From Eledone cirrhosa (taxonomy: Eukaryota), in contig OZ024741.1 in the NCBI GenBank assembly GCA_964016885.1, positions 65,100,001-65,164,000 on the forward strand: a DNA stretch of 64,000 bases. The letters run 5' to 3'. A model generated the notes under the pieces. That model did no database searches, was not told where the DNA came from, and saw only the letters and a program-made list of their open reading frames with translations. This document shows positions 1 through 11,708 of the stretch, piece by piece (position 1 is the first letter of the stretch; every line of letters begins with the position of its first letter). The position numbers and the translations under genes were made by a program.

Positions 1-1012
1 TGTCTCATCTGAAGTTTAACCTAGAAACCCTAACCCTAATCCTGTGTCATCAACCCCTCTTTAACCTAGAAATTAATAAATATAGCAACTGCAACTGTCA
101 ACAGTGCTGTACATACCCACCCCTACCTCATATCATTGAGCCCCCCTCCCCCCACCAGATGGCTGAAAGTTTAAAGTTAAATCTGGGGATAAATACCAAT
201 ATAACAAGCAACAACTGCAACCTGGTGCAATCTGCGACTAACACAGGCTCTGCTCCACGTCGGGCTGAGGAAGGTAAACTCTCTAACAGGTTTGTGGAGA
301 CTTCTGGTGTCCTTGGCCCTAGGGCCACCTCCCTACTCCTCGCCATCGGAACAGAGTTGGCTACCCACAGGTGTGAGCCTTGGGAACTGGAATGGCTCTT
401 CCAGCACATCTCCCTCACCACCCTCTGAGGAAATGCCTTCTCTATTCTGTCCACCAGGGCTGCGGGACAGCCAGCATGTGGACCCCATTTGCTCATTATA
501 GTGAGAGTTGGGAAGAGCAGGAGAGACAGCGGCAGTGACAATGGAAGTTTGGTTCCTTTGCGTTTGGACCTGGTGTATACGAATGAATGAATGACACAAA
601 TAATTATCTCTATAAACTGTCAACAGAGGAGGGTGGGAGGGGCATGACACCCCCCACCCCGAGTCATCTGTGGATGCAAGGTAAAGAAAGTTTAAACCTG
701 GAAATTAATTATACAGCAACTGTCAATAAAGATATATGTCCGCCACACACAGTCAAGTGAATCATTGGCACCAGATGGATGATAAGTAAATAACTGTAAC
801 CTGGAAATACTAATAATATAGCAGCTATTGACCCAAGCTATTTGGCCCTGTATCATCAACTGCCCTCCCCACACAGATGGATGAAAGGTAAAAAGCTTAA
901 CCAAGAAATAAATAACATAACAATCAACAGAGATACCGGTGTGTGTGTCATTGACCCCAGATGGATAACAGGTAAAGTTAATTCCAGTATTTAAAATCAG
1001 AACTAAAGTGAC
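1..1012. repeat. Degenerate ~100-bp tandem-like repeat, probably derived from the reverse complement of the Meta-type SINE core
   Basis: The motif cagatggatgaaaggtaaa...ttaacct(a/g)gaaattaat..atagcaact recurs at about 13, 61, 157, 670, 772, 874 and 958, interrupted by a LINE fragment. Confidence 0.45.
222..500 (+). mobile_element. CRE-like (R2-group, restriction-like endonuclease) non-LTR retrotransposon 3' fragment
   Basis: Translates as AEEGKLSN..VETSGVLGPRATSLLLAIGTELA..WLFQHISL..GNAFSIL, the typical RLE C-terminus (VETxGxxG...FQRIS...GNA). Homologous to 60355-60790. Confidence 0.75.
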
Positions 1013-1128
1013 ATAACGAGAGGTTACACAAGACATTATTTATACACAAGACTCCATTTATTGTATGTAGATTACCATTTTGGTTCACTACTAATTCATT
1101 CTACCAATCCCTAAGCCTTGCTATAGAT

Positions 1129-1313
1129 CAGGGTTTCCCAAACTTTCTCAAACATGGAACCCTTTTTGGTTCAGAAACTTTTGGAGGAAGCCCAAAGTCT
1201 AATACTGTTATATGGTCGTAATATAAATATACTCCCCTACTTTTTTCATGGAACCCGAGACACTCCTTTGTGGAACTCTCAGGTTCCGCAGACCCCATTT
1301 TGGGGAACCACTG
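1129..1313. mobile_element. hAT (Charlie-like) MITE
   Basis: TIRs CAGGGTTTCCCAAA / TTTGGGGAACCACTG with a perfect 8-bp TSD CTATAGAT (1121-1128, 1314-1321). Confidence 0.9.
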
Positions 1314-2240
1314 CTATAGATAATGTCATGGATCCTCAGTTGCTGTTTGAATTGTAGAGGTGCTGTAGTGATATACATGTTATGGGGCATTTAAACCTGA
1401 CAGAGCTCATCTCTCTCCAGGTTTGAACACAGCTAGTTTCTTCCAGAGAAAGAGACAGTGACAGAGAATAGGTGAGATATAGATATAGAGGAAGAATCTG
1501 GTACTTTATTTATTAGAATGCTGTTGAAGTGTGTATACAATTTTTAGGAACACCCTATATATATATAAATAAGTACACACAATAGCTTAGTGATTTAACT
1601 CTTGATATGAAACTGCCCCCAAAACCCAGCCATGATTTCATGATACAAAACTGTTTTACAGGGTTAATACTTATTCTAAAGAAACCTTTTTTTTTTTAAA
1701 TCTCAATTTTGTTTCTAACATCAGGTTAAGAATGGGAAAATTAGTTATTTTACTACCTCTCGGGAAATTCTTGATTATATTTTAAATTATTTAAAAATCA
1801 TAAGTTGTAAGTTTTATTAGGAATATGGTTATAAAAGGATTAAATATACAAGGCAGAGGCATTTAATATACAGATACTTTACGTACCTGACACACACTGA
1901 CATCCAGACAGCTGTTAAATGTAAAATGATATAATGATATATGTTCAATAAAGCAAACATACGTATATAAATGCACTCACACACACAGACACAGACACAC
2001 ACTATATGAATACAGCAACTGTATATGTTTTTCTCAGCTAGATAAATACATATGTTTCTATTATCATCATCATCAAATGTCCCCTTTTCCACACTGGCAT
2101 GGGTTGGATACATTGTTACAGTATCTAATCAGAGAAACTGTCCTTCTAGGCATAGTTGGGAGTCATATCATGCTTATGTTCTAGTTTTGCATGATTTTTA
2201 CAGCTGGATGCACATCTTAATGACAGCCACTTTACAGGGT

Positions 2241-2423
2241 TTGGCAGTATCAGTAGAAGGTCGGACGCCATGCTTTGCAGCATAGAGTTACGCCCCTTTA
2301 TTGTGTGAGTTCAAATCCCGCCGAGGTTCACTTTGCCTTTCATCCTTATGAGGTCGATAAAATAAAGTACCAGTAATGTACTGGGGTAATTGCTGGCCTT
2401 GTGCCAATAGTAGAAACAATTAT
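2241..2423 (+). mobile_element. tRNA-derived SINE, family 1 (Meta-like core)
   Basis: A-box-like TGGCAGTATC(A/G)G, B-box GAGTTCAAATCC, core ctttgcctttcatccttacggggtcgataaaataaagtacc and (ATT)n tail. Many copies in the window. Confidence 0.85.
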
Positions 2424-2900
2424 ATATATATATATCATTTATTTTTTTATCATTTATTTTGTTTTGACCTGTTTAGCTTGGGTGGTTAATGCCTTCTTGA
2501 CCACCTTTTCAGTTTTGTATGGCTTCTTAACACATTGTTTAGCTCTGGTTTTTAACTATTGAGTACTTTGCCAGTATCATTTCTGATTTTTGCGTTTCGC
2601 TTCGCTTTTTCCACCGAAATGCGATTCTTGCTGAATCTTTATTTGTATTTATATATTCATTTAATTTATTGAATTATTGAGATTTTTTATCTGAGTGTCC
2701 CGAATCTTCTGTAATCGCAAATTTTCGATCGTGCGGTTGATTATGGACTTGTTCTGTGTGTGACGGTATTTTAACGATAGTTATAGCTCTGATTTATCTA
2801 AATCAGTGAGCACTCTGCCGCTCATATCGAATTTTGTTTATCGTGAACTCGTACGCCGATTTTTCGATACTCGATCATTCTAATAATTTATATATATATA

Positions 2901-3164
2901 TATAGATATCAAAATGGACACGAGAAGAATGGCTGACTTATTACTGATTGCAATCATTCATTCCAGCTAAGCCATGTCACCTAAGGTTGCATTGTAAATG
3001 TTTGAATGTATAATTCATACTATATATGATGATGATGATATATAGTATAACTTATACATTCAAACATTTACAATGCAACCTTAGGTGACATGGCTTAGCT
3101 GGAATGCATGATTGCAATTGGTAATAAGTCAGCCATTCTTCTCGTGTCCATTTTGATATCTATA
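2901..3164. repeat. Long fold-back palindrome (~126-bp arms, ~11-bp loop) next to a (TA)n tract
   Basis: 2901-3027 is the near-perfect reverse complement of 3039-3164. Confidence 0.9.
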
Positions 3165-3233
3165 CATGTATATATGGGTGGATGTGTTCTTTAGTTTGTA
3201 TCAGCCATGATCAGGCCATGCTGGAGCAGCACA

Positions 3234-3274
<41 letters not shown>

Positions 3275-3276
<2 letters not shown>

Positions 3277-4310
3277 AATCGACCAGGTCATGAAGGTCAC
3301 GGAAAAATTAATAGCGCAACTAATCAGAGAGAGAATCGATCTAGATGAAATGCAGTTCGGGTTTGTGTCAGGCAAAAGTACCACAGACGCTCTTTTCATT
3401 GTACGACAACTACAGGAGAAGTACCTAGCTAAAAGTAAACCCCTATACTTAGCTTTTGTTGACTTGGAGAAAGCCTTCGACAGAGTTCCCCGTTCCATTA
3501 TCTGGTGGGCTCTTAGAAAACTAGGTGTTGATGAATGGCTTGTGAGAGCTATACAAGCCATGTATAAAGAAACAGTCAGCAAGGTTAGAATTAACAACGA
3601 ATATAGTGAAGAGTTTAGCGTAAAAGTTGGTGTTCATCAGGGCTCTGTTCTTAGCCCCCTACTATTTATTATTGTCCTTCAGGCTATAACAGTGGAGTTC
3701 AAGACTGGCTGCCCATGGGAACTCCTATACGCAGATGACCTAACGCTCATAGCTGAATCAATGGCCGAGCTAGAGAAGAAATTCCAAACATGGAAGCACG
3801 GCCTAGAATCAAAAGGCCTTAAAATTAACCTGGCTAAGACTAAAGTTCTAGTTTGTAGGAAAGAAAATAAGGCACCGGTCCCTTCCGGGAAATGGCCATG
3901 CTCAGTGTGTAGGAAAGGCGTAGGTAGAAACTCCATTTTATGTCCCAAATGCAAAGTATGGGTGCATAAAAGATGTAGTGGGATCACAGGTAAGCTAACT
4001 AAGAACATAGATTTTACATGTGGCCGGTGCTCTGGTGCAATAAGTAGCAGCAAGTGCCCACAAAATACTAGCTCTTTCAATTGCGCAGAGGGTTCTATAG
4101 AAATAGTGGACAGCTTCCGTTACCTGGGTGACAAAAACCTCCCAGTCCCACACTGTAAACGTGGTTGGTGTTAGGAAGGGCATCCAACTGTAGAAAACCC
4201 GCCAGACAGTCCTATGCGAGCAAGACAACCACTCTTGCCTCAAGTGGGAAAACTCCCGTCCAAACCCATGCAAGCGTGGAACATGGACGTTAAACGATGA
4301 TGATGATGAT
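3275..4310 (+). mobile_element. RTE-clade LINE, 5'-truncated and internally deleted (reverse transcriptase plus Cys/His finger)
   Basis: ORF 3290-4174 has QFGF, AFVDLEKAFDRV, GVHQGSVLSPLLF and LLYADDL, then CSVC..CPKC..HKRC..CGRC. It joins directly to the 3' tail ending in (GAT)n. Confidence 0.95.
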
Positions 4311-4357
4311 ATATATATATATGTATGTGTGTGTCGGATTTGTGTTGGACTTTCATC

Positions 4358-4470
4358 AGTTTCAACAAGTGTTCCAGCTGTTTGATCAATGGAACAGCCT
4401 GTTTGTGAAATTTACACGCAAGTGGCTGAGCATTCCATATATATGTATATCCTTAATGTAATTCACATTA
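4358..4470 (-). mobile_element. SINE 3' portion (Deu-like domain family)
   Basis: gtggctgagcattcca and aacagcctg.ttgtgaaatt are shared with 17385-17552 and 54250-54360. Confidence 0.55.
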
Positions 4471-4544
4471 CACAGGGTGTGACTCCCAGCAGTGTGTTGT
4501 TACCTGGAGCAAGACACTTTATTTCACATTGCTCCATGCAGCAT

Positions 4545-4830
4545 GAGGAGATGCGTTACCTAGTGGTAAGAGTGTTGGATTTACGATCTTAATGTTTTGG
4601 GGATCAGATTCCTGGGATGAGTTGTGTGTTGTGTTCTTGAGCAAAACACTTCATTTCACATTGCTCCAGTATACTCAGCTGAAAATGAGTACCAGCAATA
4701 GCTGGAGGTTTAATCCTGTGATGGACTAGCGTCCTATCCAGGGGGAAGTCTTGTATTCTCAGTCGCTTCATGCAATGAAACCGGGATAAACATCGGCCTA
4801 ACAAGTCTTCTGGCTTAAGATAGAATTTAG
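4545..4830 (+). mobile_element. tRNA-derived SINE with V/CORE-like central domain
   Basis: tRNA-like head (cctagtggtaagag...gatcagattcc), ttgagcaaaacactt, then cctgtgatggactagcgtcc.atccaggggg...gtcgcttcatgc..gaaaccggga. Confidence 0.7.
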
Positions 4831-4930
4831 ACTTAGACCATGCCACTTAGCCAGCAAAAATGAGTTGTACCTGTAATTCAAAGAACCACCCTTATCACAC
4901 GATGTGTCACAGTGAATCTACTTGGGAATG

Positions 4931-5180
4931 TTAATTTTTTTCATTACCATATTTCAAATGAAATACTGCCTATGTATTTAAATTAATTTTGAAAATAACC
5001 AAAAATTTGGAGGAATTTAATAAGTTAAAATAACTGCTATTAAAACATTACTAAATAAAAAAAAGTGCAAAAATAAAATTATGACGAAAGATTTTAATAT
5101 AAGTATAAACATTTTAAATAGAGCTGTTTTGTATTATAAATCCAGGGCAGTTTCAGGTGGTTTAGTATCAAAAGGGTTAA
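4931..5180. mobile_element. piggyBac-like MITE family B
   Basis: Ends ...tatcaaaagggTTAA, with internal homology to 28951-29179, 50134-50375 and 58162-58383. Confidence 0.65.
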
Positions 5181-5480
5181 TTGTGCATTGTCACTAATCA
5201 TCATCACCATATTTTTTTTATACATATAATTTTTTTTTTTTTTTACACGCAAAAATGCCCATTTGTACCGTCCTCTATTGTCCTGTGCTGTCCTTAATGT
5301 TATACTTTATGTCAACCCTTGTGGTTAATAAAGAAAGCATTATTATTATTCAGACGCCATGCTTTGCAGCAAAGAGTTATATGTGATGTGTATGTGTTCA
5401 ATATTGTAAATAATATATCCTTTTAGATTTTTAGGTTTTGAACATTTTTACTCCCATATTTTTATTATTATATATTAACA

Positions 5481-5670
5481 GTGGATTGGCAGTATCGGTA
5501 GAGGGTCGGACACTATACATTGCATCATAGAGTTACGGCCCTTTATGATCTGAATTCAAATCCCGCCGAGGTTAACTTTGCCTTTCATTCTTACGGGATC
5601 GATAAAATAAAGTACCAGTAATGTACTGGATAATTGCTGGCCTTGTGCCAAATGTAGAAACAATTATTAT
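5481..5670 (+). mobile_element. SINE family 1
   Basis: Full-length match to 52321-52510. Confidence 0.85.
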
Positions 5671-6984
5671 TATTATTAGTAGTAGTAGCAGCAGCAGCAG
5701 TATCACCTTTATGATGATGATCATCATCATTTCTATACCTATTATACACCTGGATAAGTTATATAGTAATTAACATCATGATTTATAAATAGTATTCTTT
5801 CCAGTGCAAACACACATACCTGCTCATGCGCACACACATATGTACACAAACATACATGATATATATTCACACACGCATATTGCACACACAACACGACATA
5901 CACTCACATACACATGTATGCACACACACACACACACAATGTATATGCAGATATATGACGTGTGTCACACGCACATATGCACACAAATTGTTGAAAATTG
6001 TATTATTAATTTCTCCGAGAAACAGCTAATTTATGTATGTGTGTGTATGTATTGTGTAGTGCATGCATGTGTGTGTATGTGGTGTACAGGTGTATGGTGT
6101 ATATGTGTGTGTTTGTGTGTGTACCTATATGTTATATGTTGTTGTTATGCAGAATTAAGTGTATGATAAATTACATAACTGATGGAAAATCCTGAAGTAG
6201 TAATGTTGGTGTGCCAAAGACTTGTTACAAATAGCAGCCAAATCTGACAGGATGGTCAATGTTGGAATGCTTTTGGTTGTAAGCATTCAACCAGGGCTGA
6301 CTAACAACTAAACACCACTAGCACCACAGACAACAACTACGACGACCATTATTATTGAAGAGAAATGGAAATAAGCCAAGATGAGTTTAAAAGCCGGCAG
6401 TGTCTGATGAACTGAAGAATTATGTTGAGACTGAACCAAAATACATGGAAGACAACATGTGATAAAACAAATATAGCCCTTGTCTATAAGATATCAGATG
6501 CACCTATAGAATATCAAAGTGTAGAGATAACTGTATTTAAGTGCATGTGTGCATATATCTATATATGTGTGTGTATATATATCTATATATCTGTGTATGT
6601 GTGTGTGTACCTATATATGTATGTGTGTGTATATATCTATATATCTGTGTGTGTACCTATATATGTGTGTGTATATTATATATCTATGTGTGTGTGTATA
6701 TATATGTGTGTGTGTATACACATACACACACAGTATTAATGTGTTGACAAAACAAATTGATATGAATAGAATGAACTAATTATTCAAGCAGCATCTCATA
6801 TATTTCCTTTATTTTGTTCAACTCTCATTGTTTCTTCTCAGTGAAGCGGAAAAAAAGATGTGAATAGAGCTTTAAAATCGTGATAGACCTCACACACACA
6901 TGCACACACACACTTATACACAAATACAATATAATTATTGCTGGCGACCTAAATGGTTGGAGAACATTGTGACGGCTAAAAGTG

Positions 6985-7122
6985 TAGGCAACACGGTAAA
7001 AACCTCCCAGTCCCACACTGTAAACGTGGTTGGTGTTAGGAAGGGCATCCAACTGTAGAAAACTCCCGTCCAAACCCATGCAAGGGTGGAACATGGACGT
7101 TAAACGATGATGATGATGATGA
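6985..7122 (+). mobile_element. RTE LINE 3' tail fragment
   Basis: aaaacctcccagtcccacactgtaaacgtggttggtgttaggaagggcatcc...ggacgttaaac(GAT)n. Confidence 0.85.
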
Positions 7123-7799
7123 CACTCTTACCACTCTCCACATAAGAATGTGTATATATGCATGACAGAATGGAGATATAATGTTATATCTGCACAGATG
7201 ATCGACCACACACACACACACACACATGTAAACCACACACAAACACACATGTAGACCACACACAAACACACATGTTGACCAAACACAAATACACTCAAGA
7301 ATATGTATGTATATATGTATATATGTACATATGTATGTATGTATATAAGGGCATATTCATATCTATGTGTAAGTTAACATGTCTTTGTATATGTGTTTGT
7401 GTAAATGATTTTTTACAACCCACATACAAACCTGTTGCAACTGTGTATTCAGATATGTATGTTTGTTTGTTTCTGTATGTGTGTGTGTGTGTGTCTGTAT
7501 ACATATTGAATGATTGTGTGTGTGTGTACATATGATACATGTGCAAAATTGAAAGATTGCAGTTTTCTTTACAAAGCTGTTGCATCTGTGTATGTGGGAC
7601 TGTGCGTGTGTGTGTGATTTAACATATGTGAGGAAAGTTAAGAATTTGTTTGCTCTGTATATGTGTGAGTTCACTTTAACATTTAAAGAACATGCCTAAG
7701 GATATATGTTATCTGAATGTGGGTTTTTTTCTGAATTTTTTCACATTCTATTGAAAGATATTAAATGTATGTGTGTGTGTGTGTGCATGTATGTACACA

Positions 7800-8390
7800 C
7801 ACAGTAAAGTGTTAGTATTGGTGCCACTACAAAATGTACCCAGTACACTCAGCAAAGTGTTATTGTTAGTGCCACTACAAAATGTACCCAGTACACTCAG
7901 TAAAGTGTTATTGTTGGTGCCACAATAAAATGTACCCAGTATACTCAGTAAAGTGTTATTGCTGGTGCCATTAAGAATACACCCAGTACATACTGTAAAG
8001 TGGTAATGGTGTGGTCCATGAAAAAATGCACCCAGTATATTCTGCAAAATAACAGTGCTGGGCTGGAGGGGTCATGAAAAAATGTAAACCCATTAAAATG
8101 CTAGTGTTGGTGTCACTATAAATATATACCTGGTACACTCTGTAAGGGAGTAGTACTGATGCAATAAGAAATGCACTCAGTACACTCTATAAAGTGGTAA
8201 TGGTGGTGTCATGATAAAATGCATCTGGTACACTCTGCAAAGTGGGTGAAGTTAGGAGGATCATCTAGCTGTAGAAACCATTTCAAATATGGAGCATATG
8301 AGCAAGAAGAGGTCAGTCCGACTGGTTTCAAACCATGACAACCTGTTCAACCCATACCAGCATGCATGGAAAGTGGACATAAAATGAATA
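7800..8390 (+). repeat. 48-bp minisatellite (~9 units) expanded from the RTE 3'UTR repeat, followed by a decayed RTE tail
   Basis: Unit cagtaaagtgttattgttggtgccactacaaaatgtacccagtacact starts at 7802, 7850, 7898 and 7946, then degenerates. It resembles RTE aaaagcacccagcacactgtaaagtgg. Confidence 0.8.
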
Positions 8391-8446
8391 TTCATCATAT
8401 ATATTATATAAGTTATGATACTTTAAATTAGTATATATATATATAT

Positions 8447-8617
8447 AGGAAAAAGTATGACCTCGACGGCAGAGCTCAAGAGTCCAGAAATAACCGTCGA
8501 AACGGCTTGAGCTCTACCGTCGGGGTCATACTTTTTCCTTTTTCCCACTCTACTACCCTAAGTATTGAGTACTCTGGTGCGTTATGGTCCATCTGGTTCC
8601 TTACCACAATTCCTTTG

Positions 8618-8620
<3 letters not shown>
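8447..8620 (+). mobile_element. Penelope-like terminal repeat fragment with inverted 5' duplication and partial HHR
   Basis: Hairpin 8447-8480/8506-8539. GAAACGG..CCGTC forms helix III with a GUC site. GTATTGAGTACTCT motif present and both sides are (TA)n. Confidence 0.65.
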
Positions 8621-8658
<38 letters not shown>

Positions 8659-8663
<5 letters not shown>

Positions 8664-9074
8664 GGAAAAAAATGAAACAAAATTTCATTTCTCACTCTTA
8701 GTACGGCTGTTACTTAAATATAAGTATGTATACGTACATACATATATGTATACAGACGTTTCATTTTTTTCCGTTTATCGTTTTCGGTACCCCGGCCGAT
8801 TAACTCACTCGATATGCAAATTAGGCTGCTCAGCCGTTAATATGCATAAGGAAAGTATATACTTTCAGACGTTCAATCATCTGGCAGGAAGGTATACGTT
8901 GCTGACGATAGCTAATAAGCTTGAAACTAGTACAGTGTTCCTTTGTCAGTGTTGAACAAATGAGCAACGATGGTTGCTAGACACTGTACGGCTTAATTCA
9001 GGATGTATGTTTACAAACACACCGAGCATTATAAATGTTCGGTGAATCCATACGTACATATATATGTGTGCATG

Positions 9075-9112
<38 letters not shown>

Positions 9113-9160
9113 CTACTGTACGTCTGTATACATATATGTATGTACATATACATACTTATA
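8659..9160 (+). mobile_element. HHR-bearing non-coding retroelement (retrozyme/PLE-like), copy 1
   Basis: Homologous to 41829-42551. The inverted 5' segment 8659-8758 spans the unit end/start junction. TA-flanked. Confidence 0.75.
8896..8938 (+). ncRNA. Minimal type I hammerhead ribozyme
   Basis: ACGTTG-CTGACGA-T-AGCT-aata-AGCT-T-GAAA-CTA-GTA-CAGTGT: intact core, palindromic helix III (ACTAGT), GUA site, 6-bp helix I with wobbles, U-U mismatch at the base of helix II. Confidence 0.75.
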
Positions 9161-9179
9161 TATATATATATATATATAT

Positions 9180-9507
9180 AAACGACCCCCTTTGGTCACG
9201 AATGACCATGGGATTTGAACCTAGAAAGTTCCCCTCAGGGGCACAAGTCCAGGCAAGGTTGATTGTGGAAGACCAGCAGTCGCCCATTCATACCAGCCTA
9301 CCCTCTCCACGCCACCAATGTTGTCCAAGAGAAAGGTAAAAGCTTGGCACCAGTGACGTTGCAACTCAATTTCTACAGCTGAATAAACTGGAGCAACATA
9401 AAGTAAAGTGTTTTGCTCAATAACACAATGCTAGGCCCAGTCCGAGAATTGAACTCACAACCTCACGATTGTAAGCCCAACGCTCTAACCACTAAACCAT
9501 GCACCTT
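9180..9507 (-). mobile_element. tRNA-derived SINE (CORE-like head, cephalopod-type body)
   Basis: Reverse strand reads gcatggtttagtggttagagcgttgg...gtgagttcaattctcgga...ttgagcaaaacacttt. Same head as 49258-49609 but a different 3' part. Confidence 0.8.
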
Positions 9508-9593
9508 AACACACACACATGTGTGTGTGTGTGTGTACACATATATATATATATATATGTGTGTGTACATACACACACGCACACATATATATA

Positions 9594-9740
9594 TAATGAA
9601 GGAACTGTGGTAAGGAACCAGATGGACCATAATGCACCAGAGTACTGAATACTTAGGGTAGTAGAGTGGGTAATAGGAAAATGTTCAAGACCCCGACGGC
9701 AGAGCTCAAGCCGTTGCCGTCGGGGTCTTGAATATTTTCG
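9594..9740 (-). mobile_element. Penelope-like terminal repeat fragment (same family as 8447-8620), with hairpin
   Basis: Reverse complement of 8505-8620, hairpin 9677-9739, TA-flanked. Confidence 0.7.
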
Positions 9741-10029
9741 TATAAATATATATATATATATATGGGTGTCTGCAATATGAGGACTGGGAAGACCACAGAC
9801 CAGGGTAGTACATGATGTATGGAGAGATGCAAAGTGGGTATATTATTTTGTTTTTGTATTTGTTATGTAAGACAAAGCTGTGAGGAAAGAAATTTACCAA
9901 ACTAATTAAATTAATCAACTGTATAATGAACTAATCATTGAATTCATTATTAAAACTGAAGTGAAGTATAGCCAAAGCATGTGTTTTTAATTGGCAGTAT
10001 GACTCTCTCAAAGTACATCAATAATGTCA

Positions 10030-10266
10030 AGGTATATTATGCACATAAAAAAATTCATTTTCTTGATCCCCTAGGGCCCACATTAGGTGTAAACCTGCAT
10101 TTTTCCTGCTTCATCAAGGAAAATCTTAAAGATTATCCAGCCATCAGAGTATTCGGTTTATTTTTTTTACATATTGTCCAGGCATGCAGTTTTTCCACGA
10201 TTAGGTCTGTTAGCGGCCCGCGTTCCAAAATACCTTATCCCGTGCAACGCCGGGTACTACTGCTAG
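10030..10266 (+). mobile_element. Helitron 3' end (5' boundary uncertain)
   Basis: GC-rich hairpin CCCGtgcaacgcCGGG (10239-10254) followed 8 nt later by CTAG|T. Confidence 0.6.
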
Positions 10267-10870
10267 TATTATATGCGTCTATATATATATTATTTTTATA
10301 CATGAAGCTCTACAAAATATAGTTTTTAACCTATATAGTATTGAGCTATTTATGGTGTAATATGACCAAAATAGTTTTATTTTAGTCTACATTTATAATT
10401 GAGAGAGAGAGAGAAATGTATCAAGAGAATTACAAAGATGCAAAAACAAAGTCTTATTATTTTCACACTTGTGAATGAAGATAAAAATGGAATAAATAAA
10501 TAAATAAATGTTTCAATGTATCAGATATAAGTCTATCATTAGGAAAGAATCAAGTTCAGAATATATATCCCCCAGCATGGCCTCAGCACGTCGGCTGGAA
10601 CACATAATAGAGTAATATATATTTATGAAAAGATTGTATACGCCTTAACTAGAACATAAACAAATCAAACCAACCCACCATATACCATACCACATCACAC
10701 CAGCCATAAATGTCCTTCAAAATGATACCCCAGCCCTGTCAATTAAACAACAACCAACGTGCTCCAATTACTGGTATGGGGCAACACGTCATTGGGGTGA
10801 GGCCATAGTATTACGTAGTTTCTATATGTTTTTGTATTTATGTAATCATGTGTTGAGCCAGATATTGTTA

Positions 10871-11177
10871 TACTTTGAGAGGGTTGTGTTGCTAATAAAA
10901 CCACACATACCAGTTGAGTTTCACTTCAGTTTAATTATTAGTCAGGTAACTTATCCATTCTTTGATTATTTGAGTAATCTGGTGGTTATTTAATAAAACA
11001 AAATCAAAGTGAAAATAAGACACATAAGAGCAAGAGAAGTCATTGAGAAGGTTACAGAATGTGACAGAAGATACTAAACTAAGCAAGGAATAGATGAGTT
11101 AACTGACTAATAATAAAACCAAAGTGAAACTCAACGAATGCATGTGTTCTTATTGGCAGTATGACCCTCCCAAAATA
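10871..11177. mobile_element. MITE with ~100-bp degenerate TIRs, TA-flanked
   Basis: tactttgagagggtt...aataaaaccacac / gtgttcttattggcagtatgaccctcccaaaata. A further TIR-like copy lies at about 9930-10017. Confidence 0.6.
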
Positions 11178-11389
11178 TAATATAAATTTGTATTAGCGCC
11201 TGAAGAATGGTCACTATTTTGATGCCTCTTGTTTTCTGGAGGTATGGTTAAATTTCGGCAGCGCTTTTGTTCCGTGTATAAACATAAGTAATCATCATCA
11301 TCATCACCGTTTTACGTCCGTTCTTCCACGCTAGCATGGGTTAGACGGGTAAATAATATAGTAAATAATATAATATATACATATATGCC

Positions 11390-11652
11390 CACACTGTAAA
11401 GTGGTCATGTAGGCTTCATGACAAAAAGCACCCAGCCCTCGCTGTAAGGTGGTCATGTAGGAATCACGACATAAAGCACCCAGCCCACACTGTAAATGTG
11501 GTTGGTGTTAGGAAGGGCATCCAGCTGTAGAAATCTAGCCAGAAACTGTCCTACATGAGCAAGACAAAGTCACCTGACCTAACTTGCCTCTAATGGGACA
11601 ACCTGTCTAACCCATGCTAGCATGGAAAATGGACATTAAACGATGATGATGA

Positions 11653-11657
<5 letters not shown>
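11390..11657 (+). mobile_element. RTE-related 3' tail fragment
   Basis: Three aaagcacccagcccacactgtaaa units, then gtggttggtgttaggaagggcatccagctgtag...(GAT)n. An inverted short tail sits at 11292-11350. Confidence 0.8.

Positions 11658-11705
<48 letters not shown>

Positions 11706-11708
<3 letters not shown>

Noticed and set aside
27-39. CCCTAACCCTAA as a telomere
   Set aside because: Only two units, embedded in a degenerate repeat.
6404-6440. CTGATGA as an HHR core (likewise CTGACGA on the minus strand at about 63470)
   Set aside because: No helix II followed by GAAA.
5804-7674. YI/CV/HT-rich ORFs (also at 13, 15, 37, 40, 47 and 54 kb)
   Set aside because: They are translations of (TA)n and (CA)n microsatellites.
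7800-8245. 48-bp array as a CRISPR or repeat protein
   Set aside because: No spacers, and the unit matches the RTE 3'UTR motif.
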